DNA of 64,000 bases from Rhabdothermincola salaria (GTDB taxonomy: Bacteria; Actinomycetota; Acidimicrobiia; Acidimicrobiales; Acidimicrobilacustridaceae), in NCBI RefSeq assembly GCF_021246445.1, contig NZ_JAJQXW010000002.1, forward strand, positions 1 through 64,000, given 5' to 3'. The notes beneath the pieces were generated by a model. It saw only the letters and a program-made list of their open reading frames with translations, was not told the origin of the DNA and did no database searches. This document shows, piece by piece, positions 17,667 to 27,459 of the stretch; the stretch's first letter is position 1, and each line of letters begins with the position of its first letter. Made by a program: the position numbers and the translations under genes.

Positions 17667-20123
17667 GTGACGAAGCACCGCCGAGACCGCCGCTCATCGC
17701 CCGCCCCCACCAAGACCGCTCCACCACTGGGGTTCCTCGGACGCGGTGGGCGTTTCGTCTCCCGCCACCACCGCTGGTTCGCCATCGTCTGGGTGCTGCT
17801 GATCGTGCTGGCCGGCTACCTCAACGGCCTCTACGGCAAGAGCCTGTCGGACAGCTTCCGCATCAACGGCACGGACTCCCAGGCCGCCTACGACTTGATG
17901 GCCGACCGCTTCCAGGGCCAGGAGGGGGCGACGGCCACCGTCGTCTACCAGGTCCCCGACGGCCAGTCGCTCACCGACGCCGCCAACGCCAAGGTCGTCG
18001 CCGACGTCACCGACGCCCTCTCCAAGGCCGACGGGGTGGCGTCGGTCCCGAACCCGATCTCCTCCGACCCCAAAGAGGCCCTGGCCCAGTACGCCGCCAA
18101 CCTCGACGCCGACCAAGCAGCCGCGGTCAACGCGCTCGCTCCCGACCTCCCTCCGTCGCTGTCCAGCGACGGACGCACGGCCTACGCCACGGTCACGTTC
18201 ACCGACACGTTGGTGGACCTCATGGAGGCCCAACCGATCAACCCCGACGAAGAAGCCACCGCCTACGACAACCCGTACAACACATTGCAGAAGGCGGTCG
18301 ACAGCGTCGACACCGGCCCCGTGACCGTCGCCATCGGAGGCCCGGTCGCCGACAGCTGGAACGCCCCCGTGTCGTGGTGGGCCAACCACGCCGACGAGGT
18401 GGGCCTCGCCCTCGGCGCCATCCTCTTGCTGGTCGCCTTCGGCTCGCTGTTCGGCATGGCCATCCCCATCGCCACCGCCCTGTTCGGCGCCGTGGTCGCC
18501 AGCGGGTTCGTCTACCTGCTGGCCAGCATCATCAGCGTCTCGTCAGCCGCCCCTCCCGTCACCTTGATGATCAGCATCGGCGTCGGGCTCGACTACTCGC
18601 TGCTCATCGTCACCCGCTACCGGTCGTTCCTCGCCGAGGGCTACGAGCCCCACGATGCCGTGGGGATGGCCATGGCCTCCGCCGGCAAGGCGGCCGTGTT
18701 CGCCGGTCTCACCGTCTGCATCGCCCTGCTGGGGCTCCTGCTCGTGCCCATCCCACTGGTGCAGACCCTCGGGGTGGCCGCCGCCATCGGCGTCGCCGTG
18801 ATGATCCTGGCCGCCACCACGTTGCTGCCCACCCTGCTGGGCTTCGCCGGCAACAAGATCGACCGGGTCCGGCTCCCCTTCAACAAGGAGGACCCCGACG
18901 CCGATCCCGAGAAGAGCTTCTGGGGCCGCTTCGCCCACACCATGTCGAACCGTCCCTGGTTCTCGCTCCTCGGCGGGCTGGCCGTGCTGGTCGTGCTGGC
19001 CTTCCCCTTCCTCAGCATCGACTTCGGGATGCCCGACGACAGCTCCCAGCCGTCGGACCTCTCCCAACGCACCGCCTTCGTCGAGATCGACTCGGCGTTC
19101 GGTCCGGGCACCAACGGTCCGCTGGTGGTGGCCGTCGCCCTGCCCACCGACGACCCGGGCAACTTCGAGTCGGCCCTCACCACGCTCGACCCCGTGAGCA
19201 AAGCCGTCGCCGCGCTCCAGCCCCCCAACACCGTCGAGGGCATCCAGTACTCGGTGGGCCCCATCCCCAACGACGTCAACGCCACCACCGCGGTGATCTA
19301 CAGCCTCACCCCCACCACGGGACCCGACGACCAGGCCACCACCGAGCTCGTCGAACGCCTCCGGTCCGACCTGGCCACGGCCACGTCGGGCACGCAGCTC
19401 GAGGCGCACGTCGGCGGCAACACCGCCACCCTCATCGACCTCACGAAGCTGGTGGTGCAGTACCTGCCCTACGTCATCGCGGCAGTGGTGCTGGGTTCGT
19501 TCATCTTGTTGACCCTGGTCTTCCGGTCCATCCTCGTGCCGCTCAAGGCCGCCTTCATGAACCTCATCTCGATCAGCGCGGCCTACGGCGTGGTCGTGGC
19601 GGTCTTCCAGTGGGGCTGGGCCCGCCAGGTGGTGGGCCTCTCCGAGACGATCCCGATCGTGTCGTTCGTGCCGCTCGTGATGTTCGTGATCCTCTTCGGG
19701 CTCTCCATGGACTACGAGGTCTTCTTGATGTCGCGCATCCGCGAGGAGTGGGACCGCACCCATGAACCGCGCACGTCGGTCGTGCTCGGGGTGGCCAACA
19801 CGGCGCGCGTCATCACCACTGCGGCGCTGATCATGATCGCCGTGTTCGCCTCGTTCATCACCAACGCCAACCCCACGGTGAAGCTCATCGGCTTCGGCAT
19901 GGCGGTCGCCGTGCTCATCGACTCGACCATCGTGCGCATGGTGTTGGTGCCGGCGATCATGGAGCTGCTCGGCAAGCGGGCCTGGTGGTTCCCGACGTGG
20001 CTCGAGTGGCTTCCCAAACTCGACGTGGAGGGCCCGTCGTCTCCGGCTCCGGCCGCCACCCCGGCCACCCCTGCGGCGGGGCCGACTCCCCCATCAGCCA
20101 CCGGCGCCGACGCCGAGCGCTGA
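17667..20123 (+). CDS. MmpL family (RND) transporter
   Basis: GVGLDYSLLIVTRYR and FGLSMDYEVFLMSRIRE; two-fold TM repeat. Confidence 0.92.
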   Translation: MTKHRRDRRSSPAPTKTAPPLGFLGRGGRFVSRHHRWFAIVWVLLIVLAGYLNGLYGKSLSDSFRINGTDSQAAYDLMADRFQGQEGATATVVYQVPDGQSLTDAANAKVVADVTDALSKADGVASVPNPISSDPKEALAQYAANLDADQAAAVNALAPDLPPSLSSDGRTAYATVTFTDTLVDLMEAQPINPDEEATAYDNPYNTLQKAVDSVDTGPVTVAIGGPVADSWNAPVSWWANHADEVGLALGAILLLVAFGSLFGMAIPIATALFGAVVASGFVYLLASIISVSSAAPPVTLMISIGVGLDYSLLIVTRYRSFLAEGYEPHDAVGMAMASAGKAAVFAGLTVCIALLGLLLVPIPLVQTLGVAAAIGVAVMILAATTLLPTLLGFAGNKIDRVRLPFNKEDPDADPEKSFWGRFAHTMSNRPWFSLLGGLAVLVVLAFPFLSIDFGMPDDSSQPSDLSQRTAFVEIDSAFGPGTNGPLVVAVALPTDDPGNFESALTTLDPVSKAVAALQPPNTVEGIQYSVGPIPNDVNATTAVIYSLTPTTGPDDQATTELVERLRSDLATATSGTQLEAHVGGNTATLIDLTKLVVQYLPYVIAAVVLGSFILLTLVFRSILVPLKAAFMNLISISAAYGVVVAVFQWGWARQVVGLSETIPIVSFVPLVMFVILFGLSMDYEVFLMSRIREEWDRTHEPRTSVVLGVANTARVITTAALIMIAVFASFITNANPTVKLIGFGMAVAVLIDSTIVRMVLVPAIMELLGKRAWWFPTWLEWLPKLDVEGPSSPAPAATPATPAAGPTPPSATGADAER

Positions 20124-20152
20124 GCCCGCGTCCTCGACGACGCCCGGACGCG

Positions 20153-20180
20153 ACGGAGCCCGCCGGGCGGCGGGCTCCGT
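20153..20180. terminator. Hairpin between convergent mmpL and ADH genes
   Basis: ACGGAGCCCGCC-gggc-GGCGGGCTCCGT. Confidence 0.6.
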
Positions 20181-20216
20181 GCGAAGGTGTCGAGCGGGCG
20201 ACGGGCCGTTCCCGGC

Positions 20217-21338
20217 TCAGGCCTCCGGGTAGATCAGCACGCCACGGATGTTCTTGCCGTCGCGCATGTCCTGGTAGCCCTCGTTGATCTCGTCGAGCGT
20301 GTAGGTCTTGGTGACCATGCCGTCGAGGTCGAGCTGGCCCTTGCGATAGAGCTCGCCCAACTTGGGGATGTCGGAGCGCGGGTTGGCCGACCCGAACAGC
20401 GACCCCACGACCTGCTTCTCGGACAGGGTCAGGTCGATGAGGGGGATGTTGTTGGAGGGCTCGTTCCACGGGTGGATGTTGGTCACCACGACCCGTCCCC
20501 GCTTGGAGGTGATGCCCATGATCTGGGCCATCTCGTCGCCCTTGCCCACCCCCATGGTGAGGATGACCTTGTTGCACATGCGCCCCCAGGTCTCCTCGCG
20601 GATCAGCTCGGTGGCCTCCTCGACGCTGCTGGCGGTGTGGGTGGCGCCGAACTTCTGCGCCGTCTCCCGCTTGAACTCCACCGGGTCGATGGCGAAGATG
20701 CGCTCGGCGCCGGCCAGGCGGGCGCCCTGCACGGCGGCGGAGCCGAGACCGCCGACGCCGACCACCGCCACGTTGTCGCCCGGCGCGACCTCGGCGGCGT
20801 AGACGGCCGAACCCCACCCGGTGGTGGCGCCGCAGCCGAGCAGGCAGACCTTGTCGAGGGGCAGGTCGTCGAGCACCTTGACCGCCGACCACTCGTGCAC
20901 CACCGAGTGGTAGGCGAACGTGCCCAGGCCGGCCATCACCAGGGCGTCCTCGCCCTTCACGTGGATGCGGGCGGTGCCGTCCATCATCTTGCCGCCCATG
21001 ATCATCCACCCGTTGTCGCACAGGTTGGAGTGGCCCTCGGCGCACGAGGGGCACTGCCCGCAGGCGGCGACGAAGGAGTACACCACGTGGTCGCCGACGG
21101 CGAAGTTGGTGACCTCGGGACCGACGGCCTCCACCACGCCGGCGCCCTCGTGGCCAGCGATCCACGGGTAGCCCCCGTGGGGCATGTCACCGGTGATGAA
21201 GTGCTCGTCGGAGTGGCACAGCCCCGAGGCCACGTTGCGGACCAACAGCTCCTTGCCCTGCGGCGGGTCGATCTCGATGTCCTCGACGCTCCACTCGGTG
21301 TCGTCGGGCCCCCACAACATCGCGGCTCTGCTCTTCAC
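20217..21338 (-). CDS. Zinc-dependent, NDMA-type (nicotinoprotein-like) alcohol dehydrogenase
   Basis: GLCHSDEH, GHEGAG, CGQCPSC...C, LLGCGATTGWGSA, GYQDMRDGKNIRG. Confidence 0.88.
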   Translation of the reverse strand: MKSRAAMLWGPDDTEWSVEDIEIDPPQGKELLVRNVASGLCHSDEHFITGDMPHGGYPWIAGHEGAGVVEAVGPEVTNFAVGDHVVYSFVAACGQCPSCAEGHSNLCDNGWMIMGGKMMDGTARIHVKGEDALVMAGLGTFAYHSVVHEWSAVKVLDDLPLDKVCLLGCGATTGWGSAVYAAEVAPGDNVAVVGVGGLGSAAVQGARLAGAERIFAIDPVEFKRETAQKFGATHTASSVEEATELIREETWGRMCNKVILTMGVGKGDEMAQIMGITSKRGRVVVTNIHPWNEPSNNIPLIDLTLSEKQVVGSLFGSANPRSDIPKLGELYRKGQLDLDGMVTKTYTLDEINEGYQDMRDGKNIRGVLIYPEA

Positions 21339-21443
21339 GCGTCTCCCCCTGGGTCGATCGGCCGGCCACCTGACCGGGACGGGCTGGAATCTAGTCCTCC
21401 CCGGCCGTGACGTCCGTCGCCCCAGGGCGGCTCGGCACCATCG

Positions 21444-22229
21444 TCAGCGGGCGAGCGGACCGCCGGGGATGGGTGTGCCCGGCGGATCGACCTCGGTCTC
21501 ACGGGCCGTGCCGGTGCAGCGGCGGGAGAGCTCGGGGACGCCGGTGCGGTAGGTGTGGCAGGACTCGTCGGCGGGCCGGGCGTCGGAGGCCACCTCGATG
21601 GCGTCGAGGTCCATGAGTCGCCCGAGGCCGATGCTGCAGGCCCGGCGCAGCACCACCACGGGCTCGCGCTCGTCGGCGGGCACCCTGGTCTCCAGCCACT
21701 GCGAGAACGGCCGGCGGTCGAGCGCCATGCCGGCGTAGGGCCCGTCGCCCACCACCTCCTGGCCGTGCAGCTCCCAGTCGAGCAGCTCCACCCCGTCGCG
21801 GGTCAGCCGGGCCCGCCGCTCGACGAAGGAGGCCAGCTCGATGTGGACCTCGTACACCAGGGGCTGGGCGTCGAGCGCATGGGCGGCGGCCAGGGCGGCG
21901 AGGTCGACGGTGTGCACGCACTGGGTCCGGCGGTCGTCGACCCAGCGGTCGGCCAGCACGGCGTCGTCGAGCGAGGTGCCGGCGAGCGCCGCCAGCCCCG
22001 CGGCGCCGACGGGGCAGGTGGACCAGGGCACCCGCACCCCGACCGCCTCGGCCGCGGTGATCCGGGTGCCGTCGTGGGCGAGGCGCACCCGGAAGTGGTG
22101 GATGTAGTCCTCCATGGCGGCGTCGACCGAGCCCGCACCGGGGACGATCTCGATGCGGCGCCGGTAGGTGAGCGGCCCGCGACGCAACCCGACACCGATC
22201 CCAGGGTGCGACTCCAACTGCTCGGCCAT
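21444..22229 (-). CDS. DUF2889-like protein
   Basis: RRRIEI...MEDYIHHFRV...PWSTCP...QCVHTVDLA; GGAGG SD. Confidence 0.65.
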   Translation of the reverse strand: MAEQLESHPGIGVGLRRGPLTYRRRIEIVPGAGSVDAAMEDYIHHFRVRLAHDGTRITAAEAVGVRVPWSTCPVGAAGLAALAGTSLDDAVLADRWVDDRRTQCVHTVDLAALAAAHALDAQPLVYEVHIELASFVERRARLTRDGVELLDWELHGQEVVGDGPYAGMALDRRPFSQWLETRVPADEREPVVVLRRACSIGLGRLMDLDAIEVASDARPADESCHTYRTGVPELSRRCTGTARETEVDPPGTPIPGGPLAR

Positions 22230-22335
22230 GAGGATCCCTCCGGTGTCCCGCCTCGTGCGCTGACCGGGCACGCTAACCCCGCCGCCGACGCGGGTCCCAC
22301 CCCTCGCACCGCCGCCGCGTGATTGGCTGTCGGCC

Positions 22336-23928
22336 ATGGGTTGGGATGCAGACGCGGGGGTCATGACCGTCGACGAGGCGGTGCCTCGCCGCCCGAGGAC
22401 CTTCTGGGCCGCGGTGGAGGAACGGGCGGCGGACACGCCGGACGGCGTGCTCGTGGTCGACGACCTGGGCCGGTCGTTCACCGCCCGGCAGTTCCGCGAC
22501 GCGGCCGAGGCGGTGGCCGCCGGCCTGGCCGAGCACGGCGTGGGTGCGGGCGTGGCGGTCACCTGGCAGCTGCCCACCAGCATCGAGGCCGCCGTGGTGA
22601 CGGCCGCCCTCGCCCGGCTCGGGGCGGTGCAGAACCCTGCCATCACGGTGCTGCGCGAACGCGAGATGCGCATCGTCGTCGACCAGGTCGACCCCGCGCT
22701 GGTGCTGGTGCCGGGCACCTGGAAGGGGTTCGACCACCACGCCATGGTGCAGGCCCTCGACCCCTCGGCCCAGACCGTGGTGGTCGACCACCGCCTCGCT
22801 GCGGCGGAAGGGGGTCTGGCCCTCCCCCTCGGCGACCCCGCGATCCTCGCCCCTCCCCTGCCGGGCGGCGACGCCGAGACCCGCTGGATCTACTACTCGT
22901 CGGGCACGACCAGCGCCCCCAAGGGGGTGCGCCACACCGACACCTCGGTGATGGCGGCGTGCGACGCCATGCTCGAGCGGCTCCGCATGGGCCCCGACGA
23001 CCTGTACCCGATCGCCTTCCCCCTCTCCCACATCGGCGGCGCGGCGATGCTGGCCATGGCCCTGCGCTCGGGCTGCACGTTGGCCCTGTTCGACACGTTC
23101 GACGCGTCGACGGCCGACACCATGGCGTCGTTCTCGCCGACGCTGCTGGGCTCGGCGCTGCCGTTCCACCAGGCCTACATGGCCGCCCAACAACGGCACG
23201 GCGCCGAGCCGCTCTACCCGCGCCTCAAGGCGTGCACGAGCGGCGGGGCGGCCAAGCCCAGCGGTCACCACGCCCGGGTCCGGGAGGTGCTCGGCGGGGC
23301 GGGGGTCGTGTCGGCATGGGGCCTCACCGAGGCACCCGTCGTGACCCAGGCCGCCCTCGACGACAGCGACGAGCAGCTCGACGGCACCGAGGGCCGCCCG
23401 GCGCCGGGGGTGCAGATCCGCGCCGTCGCCATCGACGGCCACGTGTGCGCGACCGGCGAGGAAGGCGAGCTGCGGGTCAAGGGGCCCCAGGTGTGCCTGG
23501 GCTACGTCGACCCGTCGCTCGACGCCGACGCCTTCGACGCGGAGGGGTGGTTCCGCACCGGCGACCTCGGGGTGATCTGGCCGACGGGCCATGTGGCCAT
23601 CACCGGCCGCCTCAAGCACGTGATCGTCCGCAACGCCGAGAACATCTCCGGCAAGGAGGTGGAGGACGTGGTGCTCACGTGCCCCGCCGTCGCCGACGTG
23701 GCGGTGCTCGGCGTCCCCGACGAGCGCACCGGCGAACGCGTGGTGGCGGTCATCGTGCCCGCCGACGACGCCGAGGCCCCGAGCGTGGCCGAGCTCGGCG
23801 CGCACTGCACGGCGCAGGGGCTGGCCCGCTACAAGACCCCCGAACAGGTGCACGTCGTCACCTCCATCCCCCGCAACGCCATGGGCAAGGTCCTGGTCCA
23901 GGACCTGCGCGACGAGCTCACGGCCTGA
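22336..23928 (+). CDS. AMP-binding acyl-CoA synthetase
   Basis: YSSGTTSAPKG, WGLTE, WFRTGDLG, RNAMGK. Alternative ATG at 22363. Confidence 0.92.
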   Translation: MGWDADAGVMTVDEAVPRRPRTFWAAVEERAADTPDGVLVVDDLGRSFTARQFRDAAEAVAAGLAEHGVGAGVAVTWQLPTSIEAAVVTAALARLGAVQNPAITVLREREMRIVVDQVDPALVLVPGTWKGFDHHAMVQALDPSAQTVVVDHRLAAAEGGLALPLGDPAILAPPLPGGDAETRWIYYSSGTTSAPKGVRHTDTSVMAACDAMLERLRMGPDDLYPIAFPLSHIGGAAMLAMALRSGCTLALFDTFDASTADTMASFSPTLLGSALPFHQAYMAAQQRHGAEPLYPRLKACTSGGAAKPSGHHARVREVLGGAGVVSAWGLTEAPVVTQAALDDSDEQLDGTEGRPAPGVQIRAVAIDGHVCATGEEGELRVKGPQVCLGYVDPSLDADAFDAEGWFRTGDLGVIWPTGHVAITGRLKHVIVRNAENISGKEVEDVVLTCPAVADVAVLGVPDERTGERVVAVIVPADDAEAPSVAELGAHCTAQGLARYKTPEQVHVVTSIPRNAMGKVLVQDLRDELTA

Positions 23929-23971
23929 CCCACGAGGTGCGGCCCGCCCGGGCCGAACCAGAGGAGGAACC

Positions 23972-24808
23972 ATGAACGAGGTCCGCGTCGAGGAGGCCGA
24001 GCCCGGCATCCACGTGGTCACCATCGACCGCACCCACCGCCGCAACGCGCTCAGCTCCAACGTCCTGGCCGAGCTGCACGGGGTGTTCGACGCCCTGGCC
24101 GGCGACCCGGCCGCCCGCGTGGTGGTGCTGACCGGCGAAGGGGTGTCGTTCTGCACCGGGGCGGACGTGAAGTCCGGGCCGGAGGACGCCGACGCCGTGC
24201 AGGGCACCCCCACCGGTGAACTGCTGTCGCGGGTGCAGGGCGACCTCACCCGGACCTTCCTGGCCCAGGAGCTCATGGCCGGGCTGTTCGAGCGGGTCCA
24301 CCGCATGCGCCTGCCGGTCATCGCCGCCGTGAACGGCCACGCCCACGGCGGCGGCTTCGCCCTGGCCCTGGCCTGCGACATCCGCTACGCCGCCGAGTCG
24401 GCCAGCTTCGGCGCGGTGTTCATCAAGCGCGGGGTCTCGGCGTGCGACATGGGCACCAGCTACCACCTGCCTCGCCTCGTGGGCGCGTCGCGAGCAGCCG
24501 AGCTGATGCTCACGGGGCGGGTGTTCGATGCGGCCGAGGCCCGCGAGATGGCCCTGGTGCTCGACGTGGTGCCCGACGGCGAGGTGGTGGAGCGGGCCAT
24601 GGTCACCGCACGCGAGATCGCGTCGAACCCGCCCCTGGCGGTGTGGATGACCAAGGAGACCATGTGGCAGACGGTCGACGCGCCGAGCCTGCGCCACGCC
24701 CTCGACATCGAGAACCGCACCCAGATCATGTGCACCGCCACGGGGGAGCTCACCGAGGCGTTCGCCGCCTTCCGCGAGGGTCGCCCGGCCGAGTGGAAGC
24801 CCCTCTGA
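23972..24808 (+). CDS. Enoyl-CoA hydratase/isomerase family
   Basis: FCTGAD, PVIAAVNGHAHGGG, CDMG. Confidence 0.9.
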   Translation: MNEVRVEEAEPGIHVVTIDRTHRRNALSSNVLAELHGVFDALAGDPAARVVVLTGEGVSFCTGADVKSGPEDADAVQGTPTGELLSRVQGDLTRTFLAQELMAGLFERVHRMRLPVIAAVNGHAHGGGFALALACDIRYAAESASFGAVFIKRGVSACDMGTSYHLPRLVGASRAAELMLTGRVFDAAEAREMALVLDVVPDGEVVERAMVTAREIASNPPLAVWMTKETMWQTVDAPSLRHALDIENRTQIMCTATGELTEAFAAFREGRPAEWKPL

Positions 24809-24956
24809 ACCAGATCTGCAGGGGGCGAGGGTTGGCGGCCAACGCTCGGTCCAGTGGCAATCGGCTGTGTGGGGCGAGTGCCGACCACGGTGCGTGATGT
24901 CGCTGGCGGTCGGGCTGCGCCCGTGGATCGGCGATCGGGGACGCCGAGGGTGAAAT

Positions 24957-25015
24957 TGCCCACGTCGTAGCGACAATGCGAGATGGCCGACGAGGTTGTC
25001 GCCATGACGTGGGCA
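24957..25015. repeat. REP-like palindrome (20-bp arms, 19-nt spacer)
   Basis: TGCCCACGTCGTAGCGACAA ... TTGTCGCCATGACGTGGGCA; 18 of 20 positions complementary. Confidence 0.65.
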
Positions 25016-25166
25016 GATCGGCGAGTGGCACGGGCGGACCGGCCCGGTGCGGGCCCTGGATCTCCAGGGCCGACAGGAAGGGTCGATTCCCTCCCGGCCA
25101 GATCCCGGCGTTCGGGGCGCATCGGCTGGCGTAGGTTCGAGGCTGTATGAGGAGTCAGGAGAGCCC

Positions 25167-26300
25167 ATGATCTCGACTCGACGTGACGCGACCTCCCGAG
25201 CGGCTCGAACCACCGTTGCGACGCTGCTGGTGCTGGGCGTCGCACTCGGCGCCTCCGGGTGTGGATCGGACCAACCCGCCATGGGCGACACGCGGATCAC
25301 GGACTACGCGTTGGGCTACCCGACGACCGACGAGTCGATGCCCTCGACCCACGAGATCACCTACGACCAGCGGGGTGGGAAGACCCTGTGGGTCACCGGG
25401 ATGATGCACGACAGCCTCGTCGAGATCGGCCTGGACGGAACGGCGACGGACTTCTTCCCGATGCCCGCCGGCAGCACTCCGCACGGCGTGGCTTTCGATG
25501 CGGACGCCAACCTCTACGTCGGCCTGCAGTACGCCGACGGACCCGACGACCGTGGGCAGATCGCCAGGGTCGACCCGCAGACGGGCGCCGTGCTCGAGAC
25601 GCACGCCGTCGGAGCCGATCCGCATGGGATGAGTATCGGCTCGGACGGCGCAACCGTGTGGTTCACCGGCAAGCTGAGCAACGTGGTCGGCCGCGTGACC
25701 GCCCGAGGAGAGGTGAGCACGTGGCCCCTTCCGACACCGGAGGCGATGCCCATCTACATCACCCCCGGGCCCGACGGTGACGAGCACATGTGGTTCACCG
25801 AGCTCACCGGCAACAAGATCGGACGGATCGCTCCCGACGGCTCGATCAGCGAGTTCGCCATCCCCACGCCGGACAGTCGGCCCATCGCCATCGTCCCCGA
25901 TCCCCGGGGTGATGCGCTGTGGTTCTCCCAGGAGGCGGGCAACAAGGTCGCCCGCATCGACCTGGACGGCACGATCACCGAATACCCCGTCCCCCGGTCG
26001 CAGAGCAACGTCATCCTCGGGGCCCTGACCTTCGCCAGCGACGGCGATCTGTGGATCCAGCAGTACGTCAACCAGGATCCGGAGATCGGTCCGCAGGGGC
26101 CTGGCGGAGACGACCATCTCGTGCGGCTCGCCGCGGACGCCCTGACCCGTGACCCCGACCGACTGCAGGACGGCGACTTCACCTTCTACGCCGTGCCGAC
26201 CGAGAAGTCGGTCCTGCATCGCATCATCGAGGGCCCGGACGGCGGCATCTGGTTCACCGAACTCGCGACCGACAAGATCGGCCGACTCCAGCCGGACTGA
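25167..26300 (+). CDS. Vgb (virginiamycin B lyase)-like beta-propeller lipoprotein
   Basis: Repeated GPDGxxWFTE...NKIGRI blades; signal peptide ending LGASGC. Confidence 0.8.
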   Translation: MISTRRDATSRAARTTVATLLVLGVALGASGCGSDQPAMGDTRITDYALGYPTTDESMPSTHEITYDQRGGKTLWVTGMMHDSLVEIGLDGTATDFFPMPAGSTPHGVAFDADANLYVGLQYADGPDDRGQIARVDPQTGAVLETHAVGADPHGMSIGSDGATVWFTGKLSNVVGRVTARGEVSTWPLPTPEAMPIYITPGPDGDEHMWFTELTGNKIGRIAPDGSISEFAIPTPDSRPIAIVPDPRGDALWFSQEAGNKVARIDLDGTITEYPVPRSQSNVILGALTFASDGDLWIQQYVNQDPEIGPQGPGGDDHLVRLAADALTRDPDRLQDGDFTFYAVPTEKSVLHRIIEGPDGGIWFTELATDKIGRLQPD

Positions 26301-26355
26301 CCGCCCCTTGCGATGGCCGATCGCGCACTGAGCTCCCAACCGGCACCATGCGCGA

Positions 26356-26796
26356 GTGGCAGCTCAGGGCGACCTCCTGTTGTCGATCCGGCGGCAGTTC
26401 AACTGGGGCATCGTCGTCGTGGGCGATCGGGACGATCCCGACGTGCCTGTCGAGCTGGATGAGGATGGTTTCGCAACGTCGGGCACGACACTCGCGTTCG
26501 CAGTGCGCCACGCGCAGGACACTGACCTGGATGACATTGACGCGGATGAACGCGTTCGTCTCGCAGAAGTAGCCATCGACGTGATCGCAGGCCCTCCGAC
26601 TGGTCCGACGACGTTTCAGCACGTCGTCCTCGTCAGATCAGGTTCACTGTCGATCGGTGACGCCGACGGGGTGGATTCGGTGCCGATCGAATCAGGGCAT
26701 TGCCGAATCAGCGTGGTGCTGAACCCCCCGGAGCGCGCGGAGAACGTTCGGGTCTGGGCGGAGCAAGCGGCGACCAGGGGCAGTGATGGCCGATGA
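26356..26796 (+). CDS. Hypothetical protein (acidic, beta-rich)
   Basis: 146-aa ORF with globular composition; CACCAT 6 nt before the GTG; more A/T-ending codons than neighbours. Confidence 0.6.
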   Translation: MAAQGDLLLSIRRQFNWGIVVVGDRDDPDVPVELDEDGFATSGTTLAFAVRHAQDTDLDDIDADERVRLAEVAIDVIAGPPTGPTTFQHVVLVRSGSLSIGDADGVDSVPIESGHCRISVVLNPPERAENVRVWAEQAATRGSDGR

Positions 26797-26872
26797 AGCT
26801 GTACCTCGAGACGAGCCTGCCGGTGCCTCGATGTGCCGGAGGGTGGCCACGTTCCCGGCGGTAGGTGGCAGC

Positions 26873-27259
26873 TCAGGGTTCGATCAGTGACTGGAGACGG
26901 GCAGCGATGTCGCCGACCTCGGAGCGACTCGTCGTCGCCCACATCACGAACTCGTACACGGCGACGTTGGGAACCCGGGTCGTGGTGACGCCGTTCAGTT
27001 CAAGGAACACCGCCGTCGCCAACCACCCGAGGCGCTTGTTCCCGTCGACCAGGGCGTGGTTCGCCAACAGCGACTGCAACAGTGCTGCGGCCTTGGACCA
27101 AAGGTCCGGGTACGCGTCCTGCCCCCCGACCGTCGCCTGAGGGCGGGCTGCGGCCGAGGCCAGCAGACCGGCGTCGCGAAGTGGGGCCGGCTCACCGAGC
27201 AGATCGACTGCCAGGCCCACCAGGTCGTCGACGTCGAGGTACTCGACCTCGTCGGTCAC
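26873..27259 (-). CDS. doc: Doc/Fic family toxin
   Basis: LRDAGLLASAAARP, KAAALLQSL, NHALVDGNKRLG. Confidence 0.9.
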   Translation of the reverse strand: MTDEVEYLDVDDLVGLAVDLLGEPAPLRDAGLLASAAARPQATVGGQDAYPDLWSKAAALLQSLLANHALVDGNKRLGWLATAVFLELNGVTTTRVPNVAVYEFVMWATTSRSEVGDIAARLQSLIEP

Positions 27260-27459
27260 TGCCCGAGGCGGTCCAGGGCCTCGGCGTGAGCCGTGCGAAC
27301 CCGCGTGGACGCGGTCGCGACCCGCGCCCGGTGCTGTGACCGATCCACATACTCGCGAACCGCACGACGGGCCGCTTCCTGCATCGAGATCCCCTCGTGA
27401 CGCGCTTGCTCACGCAGCGCATCCTGCTCCTCGTCGGTCAGTCGCAGGGTCATGGGCAC
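27256..27459 (-). CDS. Ribbon-helix-helix (CopG-like) antitoxin
   Basis: MTLRLTDEEQDALREQARHEGISMQEAARRAVREY; GTGA overlap with the toxin gene. Confidence 0.85.
   Translation of the reverse strand: MPMTLRLTDEEQDALREQARHEGISMQEAARRAVREYVDRSQHRARVATASTRVRTAHAEALDRLGQ

Noticed and set aside
21384..21396. GAATCTAGTCC, similar to GATTCTAGTCC at 35171, as an operator
   Set aside because: Both read as minus-strand -10 elements (TAGATT, TAGAAT), which is enough to explain the similarity.
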